NCBI GenBank assembly: GCA_030390025.1
Contig: CM059432.1
Location: 11,284,001 to 11,348,000 of the forward strand
Direction of reading: 5' to 3'
From: Squalus acanthias
Lineage: Eukaryota
Length of the DNA stretch: 64,000 nucleotides
Below the pieces are notes generated by a model. That model had not been told where the DNA came from, did no database searches, and saw nothing but the letters and a program-made list of their open reading frames with translations. The translations under genes were made by a program, and so were the position numbers. Numbering within the stretch: position 1 is the stretch's first letter; each line of letters begins with the position of its first letter. Shown here piece by piece: positions 40,074 to 53,119 of the stretch.

Positions 40074-40472
40074 TCAATTGGTAACACTCTCGCCTCAGAG
40101 TCAGAAGGTTGTGGGTTCAAGTCTTACTCCAGAGACTTGAGCACAAAAATCTAGGCTGATACTCCAATGCAGTACTGAGGGAGAGCTGCACTGTTGGAGG
40201 TGCTGTCTTTCGGATGAAACGTTAAACCAAGGCCCCATCTGCTATTTTGAAGAGCAAGGGAGTTCTCAATATTTATCCCTCAATCAACATCCTCCAAAAA
40301 GCAGATTATCCGCTCGTTATCACATTGCTGTTTGTGGGAGCTTACTGTGCGCAAATTGACATTTACTGCATTACAACAGTGACTACACTTCAAAAGTACT
40401 TCATTGGCTGTAAAGCGCTTTGGGATGTCCTGAGGTCGTGAAAGGCGCTATATAAATACAAGTCTTTCTTTT
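40074..40472 (+). mobile_element. tRNA-derived DeuSINE (SacSINE1-like)
   Basis: B-box-like gggttcaagtc, Deu-like core gtctttcggatgaaacgttaaacc, L2-like tail aaaggcgctatataaatacaagt. Confidence 0.8.
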
Positions 40473-41706
40473 ATGATTATGCTTGTATTAAGTTAAATAC
40501 GAGCTGTCTTGGGAAAGTGAGTGCTTACAATACAATAAGACTGGAGTTTCAGCAGTGATAGATAAAACATTCTCTGGCCATCTGTCCTTGAGGCTTTACA
40601 GAGCAAAAGCTCTTACTGTTTGACGCCAGTGTACGACATTTATAATATGTTATCTGGTTCCAAGCAGAGTGCGATCAGGGTTCTGCTGGAGACTTTGACT
40701 TACTCGTGAATTTTAGCGCCTCTTAAATATACAAGAGGAGCTTTGTGCTCATAACTGTGAAATAGTTTGTCCTTTTTTTGAGCAGGAACCATCTACTTGG
40801 ATTCTGTGAATCTCTAAAAGAGATTGCTCCGATCTTCCCCGCAATAATACAGCACATTGTAAGTCCGTTGATACAATATAAAATCAATCCAGTGATGTAA
40901 TGTACATATATATTGCTAATGTATGCAGTCTGCATATCCAACAATTCTCAAAGGCAATAATAACAGTGCATAGTTTGGGTCTTTGTAGCTGCTGGTCGAC
41001 ATGTTTCGTTCATTCCCAGCAGATTCAAACTGCAAAGTAAATTGGTTAGTTAATTTGCCTTATTAGACCAATTTTTTTGGTACCTTTAAGTAATTTGTAT
41101 TGCCTTGGGTGCACTTCCAGGCCTGTGTTCTGTTAGGATGGTAGTAAGTTGGAGATGTTATTACAGCTTTTAGTCTGTAAGCTCTAACAGTATGAGTTGT
41201 GATTGGGTGTAGCTCCAAAATTATAGGTACATCAGCCAAGAATATTTTCCTTTGTCAATAATATACTTTTTTTAAATCAAGCTAGTAATAGAAAAACAAT
41301 TCTTAGCAATTTCCACATTCTCCAAAGTGCACCTTCATATCATTTGCCAATTTTGAGGAGTACAGCTTCATGCAAAGTCCTCCATAATACCATGCTTCTT
41401 GTTACAATTAAGAGGACAAGCAAGCAGTCACTTACTTTGAGGGTCCGCCCAGTGTAGAGTGGGATCCAATAGAATGTGTTGACTGTACTGATACTGACTG
41501 GGAAGAACTACATCACCTACACTCCATGTCTTCCCAGAGAGTCCTGACTTGAGTTTGAGGAATTCACAGGTGTGAATCCTGGCATGACACACTGTGTCTG
41601 GACCATAATGGTGTGCCATTACTAATCAGAAAAAACTGATTTTTGTTTAGTACATATATACCAGCTGTTGCTTAGTCTGAAGAAAATGCGACTTTATGAT
41701 AACTGA

Positions 41707-44540
41707 ACATAGAAGATAGGAGCAGGAGTAGGCCATTCGGCCCCTCGAGCCTGCTCCGCCATTCGATGAGATCATGGCTGATCATCCAAACTCAGTACCC
41801 TGTACCTGCCTTCTCCCCATATCCCTTGATACCTTTAGCTTTAAGAAATATATCTAACTCATTCTTGAATATATTTAATGACTTGGCCTCAACTACCTTC
41901 TGTGGTAGAGAATTCCACAGGTTCACCACTCTCTGGGTGAAGAAATTCTTCCTCATTTCTGTCCTAAATGGCTTACCTGTTATCCTTAGATTATGACCCC
42001 TGGTTCTGGACTCTCCGACCATCGGGAACATTCTTCCTGCATCTAGTTTGTCCAGACCTGTCAGAATTTTATATGTTTCGATGAGATCCCCTCTCATTCT
42101 TCTATACTCCAGCGAGTATAAGCCCAATCGACCCAATCTCTCCTCATATGTTATTCCTGCCATCCCAGGTATCAGCCTTGTGAATCTTCGCTGAACTCCT
42201 TCCATGGCAAGAACATCCTTCCTCAGATAAGGCGACCAAAACTGCACACAGTACTCAAGGTGTGGTCTCACCAAGGCCCTGTACAACTGCAGCAGGACAT
42301 CCCTGTTCCTATACTCAAACCCTTTCGCTATGAAGGCCAACATACCATTTGCCTTCTTCACCGCCTGCTGCACCTGCATGCTTACCTTCAGCGACTGGTG
42401 CACAAGGACACCCAGGTCTCGTTGCACTTCCCCTTCTCCCAATCTATTGCCATTCAGATAATAGTCTGCCTTTCTGTTTTTGACACCAAAGTGGATAACC
42501 TCGCATTTATCCACGTTATATTGCATCTGCCACGCTTCTGCCCACTCACCCAACCTGTCCAAATCATCCTGGAGTTTCTCAGTATCCTCCTCGGAGCACA
42601 CACGCCCACCCAGCTTTGTGTCATCTGCAAACTTGGAGATATTACATTTAGTTCCCTTATCCAGATCATTAATGTATATTGTGAATAGCTGGGGTCCAAG
42701 GACCGAACCCTGCGGTACCCCACTAGTCACTGCCTGCCACTCGGAAAAAGACCCATTAATTCATACTCTCTGCTTTCTGTCCGCCAACCAGTTCTCTATC
42801 CAAGTCAATACCTTGCCCCCAATCCCATGTGCCTTAACTTTACACGCTAATCTCTTATGCGGGACCTTATCGAAAGCCTTTTGAAAGTCCAAATACACCA
42901 CATCTACTGGTTCTCCCTTATCTATTTTCCCAGTTACATCCTCAAAAAATTCCAGTAGATTAGTCAAGCACGATTTACCTTTTGTAAATCCATGTTGACT
43001 TTGTCCGATCCTGTCACTGTTTTTCAAGTGCTCAGCTATTACATCCTTTATAATGGACTCTAGCATTTTCCCCACTACCGATGTCAGGCTTACCGGTCTG
43101 TAATTCCCCGCTTTCTCTCTACCACCCTTTTTGAATAGTGGGGTAACATTAGCTACCCTCCAGTCCATGGGTACAGTTCCAGATTCCATCGAATGTTGGA
43201 AGATGATCAGCAATGCATCTACTATTTCTAGGGCCACTTCCTTAAGTACCCTAGGATGTAGATTATCAGGCCCTGGGGATTTATCGGCCTTCAATCCCAT
43301 CAATTTCCCTAACACCATTTCCCTGCAAATACTGATTTCTTTCAGTTCCTCCCTTTCATCAGACCGTATGTTCTCCAACATCTCTGGGAGGTTATTTGTG
43401 TCCTCCTTTGTGAAGACAGAACCAAAATATGCATTTAATTGGTCTGCCATTTCTTTGTTCCCCATTATAACTTCCCCCGCTTCTGACTGCAAGGGACCTA
43501 CACTTGATTTCACTAATCTTTTTCTCTTCACATATCTATAAAAGCTCTTACAGTCAATTTTTATGTTCCCTGCAAGCTTACTTTCATATTCTATTTTCCC
43601 CTTCTTAATTAATCCCTTTGTCCTCCTTTGTTGAATCCTAAACTGCTCCAAATCCTCAGGGTTACCGCTTTTTCTGGCCAATTTATATGCCCTCTCCTTG
43701 GATCTTATGCTATCCCTAATTTCCCTTGTTAGCCACGGTTGAGCCACCCTTTTTGTTTTATTCTTATGCCACACTGGGATGAACAAATTCTGTAGTTCAT
43801 CCATGCAGTCTTTGAATGTTTGCCATTGCCTATCCACAGTCAACCCCTTGAGTGACATTCCCCAATCAATCCTACCCAATTCACGCCTCATACCATCGTA
43901 GTTTCCTTTATTTAAATTCAGGACCCTAGTCTCTGATTCAACTACTTCACTCTCCATCCTCATGAAGAATTCTATCATATTATGATCACTCTGACCCAAG
44001 GGGCCTCGTACAACAAGATTGCTAATTAATCCTTTCTCGTTACATAATACCCAGTCTAAGATGGCCTGATCTCTGGTTGGTTCCTTGACATATTGTTCCA
44101 GAAAACCATCCCGTAAACATTCTAGGAATTCCTCCACAGTATTTTTACTAATTTGGTTAGCCCAATCTATATGTAAATTAAAGTCACCCATGATGACTGC
44201 TGTGCCCTTACTGCATGCTTCTCTAATTTCCCTTTTCATGCCGTCCCCAACCTCCGTATTACTGTTTGGAGGTCTATATACCACTCCCACTAACGTTTTC
44301 TGCCCCTTGTTATTTCTCAGTTCTACCCATACAGATTCCGCATCATCAGAGCTAATATCCTTCCTTTCAATTGTGTTAATCCCCTCTTTAACCAGCAATG
44401 CTACCCCACCTCCCTTTCTTTTTTGCCTATCTTTCCTAAATATTGAATACCCCTGGATGTTGAGTTCCCAGCCTTGGCCACCCTGGAGCCATGTTTCTGT
44501 AATCCCAATCAAATCGTATTCATTTACCTCTAGTTGCAAA
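41707..44540 (-). mobile_element. Young-subfamily CR1: near-complete ORF2 with a single premature stop
   Basis: ORFs 42761-44539 and 41792-42730 are in the same frame and separated by one TGA. APE motifs (ITETWL, YRPP, GDFN, SDH) and FADD are intact. Confidence 0.97.
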
Positions 44541-45029
44541 TGCTATCACAGGAATTTTATTAATCAAATTTAGGCTGTCATGGTTTCTTATTTTCAGGCA
44601 GGCATCATCGCTAAGTGATAACAGGCATTCCCCCACAGGATGAGGGGAAAAAGTGTAGGACTGATAATTCTATTAAATAGATGTGGTGCCGTTCTCTTGC
44701 TGGGACAACCCCACCTCCTACTCTCATTCCATTGTCTCAAGTTGCTGGAGAGCCAGACAAGTGGAAATGTGCTGAATTCCAGGTTGGTGAACATTCTGCA
44801 GTGGGGCAACCCATATCTGGAGATCCAGAGGCAGTTTGGGTGTAAACTGTACTGGCCCATAGTTGTAGAGTGGTGGGCTGTAACTCATCCATAGGCTAAT
44901 TTATGGATACCACTGCTAGAAAGAACCTCTATTATACTGTACTTAAAATGCAAAATACAGTGCAGGCCTAAATGCATTTTATATTACATAAATTACATAG
45001 AAACTTTCTTTTGTAAAGAAAGAAGCAGC

Positions 45030-45530
45030 AAAGAACCTGCATTTATATAGCGTCTTTCACAACCTTAGGACTACCCAAAACACTTTACAGCCAATGAAGT
45101 ACTTTTGAAGTGCTTATGAATTTTTATCACTTTACAAAATATCTGCTGAAAATATTCAGATTATCTGTTTTTGTGCATTCCGCATTTTAACAGTATTATT
45201 TCACTTGTAATGTAGAAAATGCGGCAGCCAATTTATGCACACAAACAGCAATGTGATAATGACCAGATAATCTGTTTTAGTGGTGTTGGTTGAGAGATAA
45301 ATATTGGTCTGGGACACCGGGAAGAACTCCTCTACAACTCTTCGAATAGTGCTACGGGATCTTTTACATCTGCCAGAGAGGGCAAATGGGACCTCGATTT
45401 AAGATCTCATCCGAAAGACAGCACTTCCAACAATGCAGCACTCCCTCAGTACTGTACTGGAATATCAACGTGGATTATTGTTTGAACCCACAGCCTTCTG
45501 ACTCTGAGGCGAGTGTTACCCACTGAGCCA
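45030..45530 (-). mobile_element. DeuSINE copy carrying a foreign ~90-bp insertion
   Basis: Reverse complement of the 40074 family. 45124-45205 matches 45690-45776. Confidence 0.8.
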
Positions 45531-47739
45531 AGAGACACCTTGTACCCTGAAGCTGTGACGCCTCCTGACAAGGATTGAATCTAGTACCTTCCTGGTTTAT
45601 ATAACTCAGTACCACACCACATGACACAGTAGTTGTAAACAATTGGGAGAGCCCAACCAATATTTTTGATCAAGAATATTGCTGAAATGTTATCACTTTA
45701 CAAAATATCTGCTGAAAATATTCAGGTTGTCAGTTTTTGTGCATATCATTCCGCAGTTTAACAGTATTCTTTCACTGCTGCAATTTTCACTTACTTTGGA
45801 AAGTTATGATATATTATGCCGACTAATTACATGTACAAACAATAAATAGTTGTTTAAAAAGTCTTCTGGTCCCAGCAAATTGTAACATCACAAAATTTAT
45901 GGCATTGTAAAATTAAGATACGTCAGTCCTAAGAATTGTGCCCTTCACAAACTTGGTATCCGTAGAGTGCAGTTGTATTCCCAGGAGCAAAATACTTCCA
46001 ATGTAGTTCTCCTTATATAGATTCTGAGTCATAATTCCTGGTAGTACCTAAAGTTTCTAGGAACTTGTTAGAATGCCTTAATATCATAAGCTTTCTCGGA
46101 TTAGTTAAATGGAAGTCAAATTGCTTACTTCACAATCTCAATTAACTGATAAGCTTAATCCTTGAAGAGTTATTGAGTAGTGTACACATGGTTTTTATAC
46201 TTATTTTTAAGGGGGTATCTTTTATATTTGCTTCACCCCTTTATCCTTCTGGTTTACCATCTTCAGCCATTGAGGATGCGCACATGTTCTATTCCCAGTC
46301 CAATGCCTCTTACAGCTGGTTGTCAGGGAGTAGCCAGTTCTGATACTCACCTCAAGCTTTTCCTATTCTCTCTCTCTCTCTCTCTCTCTTCCCTGCCATA
46401 CCCCCAAATCCCTGGAACTAAATGCAGTCAAATTTCAACCTGTAGCTGTTGTTCTCTGTAGGATTGAGCCTTGACGTGTGAACAACTATTGGCACCATGT
46501 TTTCCAGAATGTTATTTTTAAGAGAAGGAAACCAAAAGAGGGACATTTAGTGTAGTCATTTTATCTGGACATTTTATCACTTAAAATATGTTTATGTATC
46601 GCACGTGTGTGTAGCGAAAAGATGTGTTTGCAAGCTATACAACTTGGGACCAGTGGCTTACCAATGAATAACCCACTTAGGACTCTGACTCTAATTCACA
46701 AGTATCTGTGGTTTATGTGGTCCAATATCAGTTGGCAGATTTAAAAAAAATTAAGTACAGTATGCTGACAGTATACATTTTGTGCACTCTTTTTCTGCTG
46801 TTAACAATTTGTTGGTAGAATGGCAGTTTGGTAGTGCAAGTAGCAGATTAAGTTTTCCTGCTCCATATGCTCCTACTTAATCCGGAATTCTCAAATGTTG
46901 CCTGGTGAGGGCATAAGAGATGGACAGTGATATTACAGCATGTTGTTTGAAAGACAAGTGTTCTGCCACTGGACAATCTTGAAATACTTCTATTGCTGCA
47001 TCTCTGTGCCAATTGACTATTTCCCTTTATGACTATTTCTCTTTACAATGTGTTTTCTGAAACCAAGCTGAAGCAAAATAGAAAAGCACTACAACATATT
47101 ATCATCCATCATAAAATATGTGACCAAGTTGTCTCCATGTACCTTTTACTTATAGACTATTTGATATGAGCTGTAAATGGAAAGTACATTTTTAAACTAA
47201 ATAATCATTTAATTTGCCGAGTACGTCAAGTATTCTTATTTGGCTTTCTTTGATCTATCTAATCCAGGAAGTTTTAATAAATACCAGCTTATGATGGACA
47301 AGTTTACAAAACCATCTTAGTTTGGCAGAATAAATATTTACGAGACCAAAAATTAAATATAGATGAGGAAGGTCATCAGCCTACTTTAGTTGATCCATCA
47401 AGGGGGAAAAAAAGTATTTCCGTTCCCCTGAACCGTCACATTGTCCAACTGTATCTAGGATTAATCTATTGATTCCAATACCCTGCCTAAATGACCATTA
47501 CAATGTTGATGACTCCTTGTTTGATGAGTGTCATCAGACATCAGCCCTACATTGGCTTTTTACAAATGTTAGCCTATGTCCTTTTGTTCCCCTATCCAAA
47601 ATAGTGCTGTGGATTTACCTAAAGCCTTTTACTGCATCGACAAACCCAAAGTTGCTTGCCGCCTTTCCAACGTAGGCTTTGGTATTTGCATGGATTTAGC
47701 CCGGTAGCTACAATCCATACTAAAAGATTTGGCAACAGG

Positions 47740-48810
47740 CTGGTGGTTCTTTGCATCCCCCTCTGGCAATAAGGCTATGCCACCATCATTATTGCATACG
47801 TATCAACACCGATAATGTGAAAGAACAGTTCTATGAAGATCTCACCAACATCAGCCAATCAATGCCAAGAAATGACAAACTAATAATCCTTGGCGATTTC
47901 ATTGCTTGTTCAGCTGCGATTATACCTCGTGAGAAAAGATAATTGGATGCCAAGAAATTGACTGCAAAAAAACTCCCGTAGCACTCTCCTCCTGGCCACC
48001 TGCATGGAACACCAGCTAATCATCAACACCATGTTTCAACGTGCCAATCAGTACAAAACACCTGGATCCGTCCTCGTTCTGGCCACAGGCACCTGATTTT
48101 CTCTGTTGCTGTGTGCCAGTGCAACATTGATGATATGATCACCCATGCAATGCGTGGTGCTAGTTGCTGGTCTGACCACTGGATAGTGAGGAGTTCTATG
48201 AAAGTGATGATTTAGCCAAAGCAACTCCAGCATTCTCAATCACCTTGTCAGACCATTCAATATCCATGCACTTGAGGATCACGACACCTGTGTTGAGCTG
48301 ACTAGTAAGCTCGAGGAAAGTCCTGGAATCAAGCGAGCTACCGAGCCAACATATCTGAGCAACAAATAAGTGATATTGAAAGGTTCTGGACAAACTTCAA
48401 GAAAGATGTATACAGCACCACCACTATTGGCTTCATTAAACATTTAAAAAAAAGATTGGTTTGATGACATTAATGAGAAAATCAGACTGCTTCTGGCCTC
48501 TATGCATACTGCTCATCTCTGCTGGATTAATGACAATAGCTGCTCGACGTAGAAGGCTGCATACGAGCACTTAAAACAGCAAGTTCAAACTAAGCTTCAC
48601 GCTATGAAAGAAAAATGGAGGAAGATGAAAGCTGAGGTACTGCAATCAGCTGCTGACGAAAAGGACGTGAAACGCTTCTGTGACGAGCTAAAAACTGTGT
48701 ATGGACTGAGAAAAAGTCGCACTGTCTCCATCCTGAGTGTAGATGGCACAAAGTTGCCCACTGGCCAAGCAGAAATCTTGGAATGCTCGGCAGCCACTTC
48801 AACTGTCACA
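47740..48810 (+). mobile_element. Old RTE LINE (APE and linker) remnant
   Basis: KEQFYEDL...DKLIILGDF (47751-47942) and AEVLQSAAD...LKTVYG (48604-48912). Confidence 0.75.
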
Positions 48811-51800
48811 ACATACTGCAACTACCTGTGTAAGATCAGTATTCCGTCCCACCTAACGTGGTTGCTAGTTCACTACTATAACGACCTCTGGGTTGCTAGT
48901 TCGCTACTTTAACCACAAGGCTCCTATCCTGGTGATCTCTCAAACCTCTTCACAACCAGCTACAGGGAACATTGACAGTAATTTAAAAGCAAGCACTAAC
49001 CCTCACTGCAGCAGAGGTAGGTGGACCAAGGATAGATAAATTTATACAAAGCATTACATCGAAAATATTTATAAAAAAGCTTTGATTGAGGAGCTGGTAA
49101 AGTGTCAATGGAAATAGATGGCCAATGCAAATAGCTGCCAGATCAGCAGTTGCCAACTACAAATCCAGAAAATGTTTTTTCTGACTTAGTTTTGTTTTCA
49201 CTTGTTTGCCTTAGTATGTGGAAAGTGATGGAGCAACTGAGGGCTGATGGTTGAAGCTGTGTTGTAATACGATATTTGGTCGGAGGCTTGTATTATGTTG
49301 GCAGCTAAGTATAGTGATCAGGAAACATATGTGATTGAGAGGCAGGATGCAAAAACAGGAACAGGTAGAATGGTCAGAGAAGGATGTGGGAAGGTCTGTG
49401 CGGTGGTCATCCAGAGAGCAAATGGAAATGTGCCTGCCTTGTAGAGTGACAGGCTTATGCTGTGATAGTAAAAAATAGTTGTAAGAGAAGCACCACTTCT
49501 CAAGCCACAGTGTGATCTACCTCCCTCTTGAAGGGCAGGGTGGTAAATGTGCTTTTTATCCATTAAATTACTGTGAAAAATCTGGTAAGTTTCCACTCAG
49601 CTTAAAAATGAATTTCTCAGGACAAGTTCAATGTCAGGCCAGATCCACTGTTGGCATCCTGTTGACCAGTGCTGTATTTTTTTAATCCTACGATAGCATT
49701 TTGGAGATAATAGCTATTGCTGTAGCATTACAGGATCTATCACCTGGAAATCCTGTGTGTAAAGCTTGATGTTTGTTCTCGCCAGTATTGTCCTTGCATA
49801 TTGGAGGTTTCTGGCTGATCACACCAGATCTTCAAAGTCACTTAATACCAGCCCAAGCAGCAGCGTGCATGTTGACTATCTGTACTTGACACGTGTTTTG
49901 GGGACACAATCTGTATTGGTGGACGAAAATCACAGATCAGGCACCTCCATCCTCATTGCTGCCCTAGAGCTTGTACCCAAGCTCTTTTTTACTGCTGGTA
50001 TAACTGATTCCCACTGCTCCATACCATCATGAGATCAGATTTCCCACCCACAGCATGCAGTGACAGGAGTCACTTACAACAGTAGCGACAGCAGGATTTG
50101 AGTAGGAGCTCCAGAAAATGGGAGGATGAGAGGAAAAGCCAGGATTAGTACTTTTAAGGAGGGAAGAAGAATTTTGAATGCTTTGGGGGAGCAACAGTAG
50201 TGTTTTTGTGAGGGGCAAGAGGAGATGGTTGAAGACATGAGTGGTGCTTTAGTGTGGAGGAGAAAGAAGAGTGCCAGCAAATAGGATAACTTTGAGAAAA
50301 TATTGCTTTTTAGACAAAATAAAAATAAATTTCTCAATCATTGTAGATTCAAAAATCCTGGTAAAACGTGACAAATAAAGCACCTAAAATCAAGATTTTC
50401 TGGAGGAGAGACAATCCTCCAACTTCCTCTTATGTCTTGAATACTTGTATTACCCTTCAGGCTTTAATGCATTAATGTTTCTTTTCCCTTCCAATACAAG
50501 TGAAGGAATAAATGTTAGCTTAAGTTGCAAGCCCATGTTCCACTGCAATTTCAAAGTAATTAGTGTTTTCACATCATAGGTTTACATTCGGTGCCATTCT
50601 TGCGGTTTCTGCTTTTTTGAGGCCATGGATAGATTTGATCGTTTACTGGAAACCCTACTCACAACCAGGTTCCTTGGACCTTGCTTGTTCTGGATGTCTT
50701 AGCTGATCCAAAAAATGAATCAATGTGCAAGAGCAAGTCATTCCTTCTTTTGCTGCATGGTGGGAGGGGAGGACAGAGGCATGTGGGAAGAATGCAGATT
50801 GACATATGATGTGTTCTTCAAATGGTGATAATGGAGTTTGATTGTCAACCACACATTACTATAATTTTAAGAGAAATTGTGTGACAGTAGCAGGATATGA
50901 AGGAAGAAGGAGGGGGGGGCGGAAGAAGATGTTTCCACTTGCTAAATTTGGCCAGTGGTTAACTGTTGTGTATAAAATATACATTATTATCTTTAGCAAA
51001 TTATAACCAAGGCCATTGGTTTAAGGTTTTTACTGGAAAAAGCATGGAATTGCAGAATGCTATCTCTAAAAAATACTGAGAAAATTCATGAAATCCCAGA
51101 TAATTGGAGCAGAATTTATCTTGTTTCGGCATCGTAAACCAGTGGTTCTGGTTATGGGAATTACTAGTTCCTTTGTATTTTATATACAAGGTCAGTCATT
51201 TTTTTTCATTTTCTTGGGGGGAAAAATCAGATGGAATCCTGGAACGCTATTCTAAAAACACCAGAAGTCCCTGCACCCCATGTAAGCTAGTGGCTCTAAT
51301 TATATTTCCCCTTTCTGATTGCTGGAAAATGTTGCTTCCGTTGATTTCTAATATTAATGCTACCAGTTTAAAGAAAGGTCAGCAGCGCAAAAGGTGCAAC
51401 ATACACATCTCTGTTCGTATTCCTCCTGCCCCACCCTCAGCAAAAAGATCGCCTTTCCTTCATTTATATTTTTGTAATTTTCCTGACTGATTTGAGGGAG
51501 AAATATTTTTGTTCTTCCAATGTCTATGAACTGTACATCCACTTTCTTTTCACCTTGATGACTTTTCATTTTTTCCCCCAATTCTCAACACGCATGTCAG
51601 AATAGGTTACAAATAGAACCAAGCAGTACTTGGCCGTACAAGATGTATCATCTTATGAGCATAATCTGTGTTTTCCCCCTTACAGATGTGGATGATGATG
51701 ATGGTTGGATCATGTTCTAGGTTTTTTCTTGTACATGTGAAGAAGACATCTGTCACATCCAGTTTCCATTCCCTGCACAGACATCAAAGATCCACTCAGT

Positions 51801-51920
51801 TTTAGCAGATTTTAACTACATTTTATGATTGTTGTCTTCTTACCAGACATTGGACATCTTTTAATAAGGCACATGCTCACAACACACCTGTTTCAATATC
51901 TGTAAAGTAATTTGCTAATT

Positions 51921-52570
51921 GATATTCTGATCCCTATGGGTGGGTACGCGCTGTGTACCCACCCGTAGGGACATCGGAAATGCCGGTTTCAGGCATGCGC
52001 TGAAAACCGGCATTTCTGATCTGTCAAGAATGCTCTTGACAGATCCTCCGGCTGCCCTGGAGAAGGGCCTCTGCGGGTGGATAGTTCCGCTTTTTGGAGA
52101 CCCTCCGCCCGCAGAAAAGCCTTACAACTCTTACGCCTGGTATCATTTAAAAATACTTTAAAAAAAGGTAAGTTTATTTTTAGCCCTGTAAAAAAAAACT
52201 AATTTTTTTCAAAAAATAAAATTTTTGTTTAAAATACTTAATTTATTATAATTTCAAGTCATTTTAAAAATGTGATTTAAAAAAAAAAAATTATTTAAAG
52301 TTTTACTATTTTTTTCATTGATCTCCATTCATATATTTGACAGGTCTTCCTGTCAAATGTATGAAGGGAGATTCCCTTCTGTGATTGGCTCCCCATGGCC
52401 CACGTGATCCCAGGGACGCTGCGAACTACATGCGCCCCTGGGATACGTGGGCCCTGCGCACTTGGAGTTTGGAGAGGCCCAGGAGCGGAAGTGTGTGCGT
52501 CCCAGGAGCCCTCAGGTAAGGGCGCAGATTTCTCTGCCCGCGGGAGGCCTGCAATCGGAAAATACGGGCC
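51921..52570. mobile_element. Harbinger-like MITE, type B copy 2 (left TIR eroded)
   Basis: Right TIR cggaaaatacgggcc followed by aat. Same internal motif order as the 35912 and 53120 copies. Confidence 0.8.
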
Positions 52571-53119
52571 AATAACTTTTAACACTCTCTGCATCGGAAA
52601 TCGCAGGTGTGAAACAATATTCTACATCACCAAACTTGTTGGAGCCCTGATGTGTTGTACCACAGTGCCCAGCTGCTTCATGTCCTTTTGACTGCTTTTT
52701 CAATGTTATTCATATCACTATTGATATCGACAGGGAGTTCTTTTATTTTTACATTTATTTGAGTTGGGAAACACTTGTTTGCTGCTGTGTCGGCCCTCTA
52801 CCATAATTGTGAAAATGGTTCATCAAATCCTACAACAACTTCTATGTCTGACTATCTTCCTAAAAACATGAAAGGAGGAAGAGATGGGCTCCTGATGGTT
52901 CAATGGGTAAATGGACTAGGTTTTGTGGTGGTGAGACAGAGACAGGAAGATTCTAGGTTTTAAAAAATGGTCCGTACTGAGTAAGCTGATCTGAAATAGG
53001 AGGCAGTGGGAGTGCAACAATTTCCCAGCATAAATCACTACCGTTTTATCTTTTCAACAAGAGAAATCATTTAAAACTAGCAGGCTACTGCTGCAAATGG
53101 GAGAGCTGAGTAAAATAAT

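Noticed and set aside
40074..40135. tRNA gene
   Set aside because: It is a tRNA-derived SINE head with no complete cloverleaf.
41400..41625. Exon-like segment with open frames on both strands
   Set aside because: Splice signals are weak or conflicting and neither peptide is recognisable.
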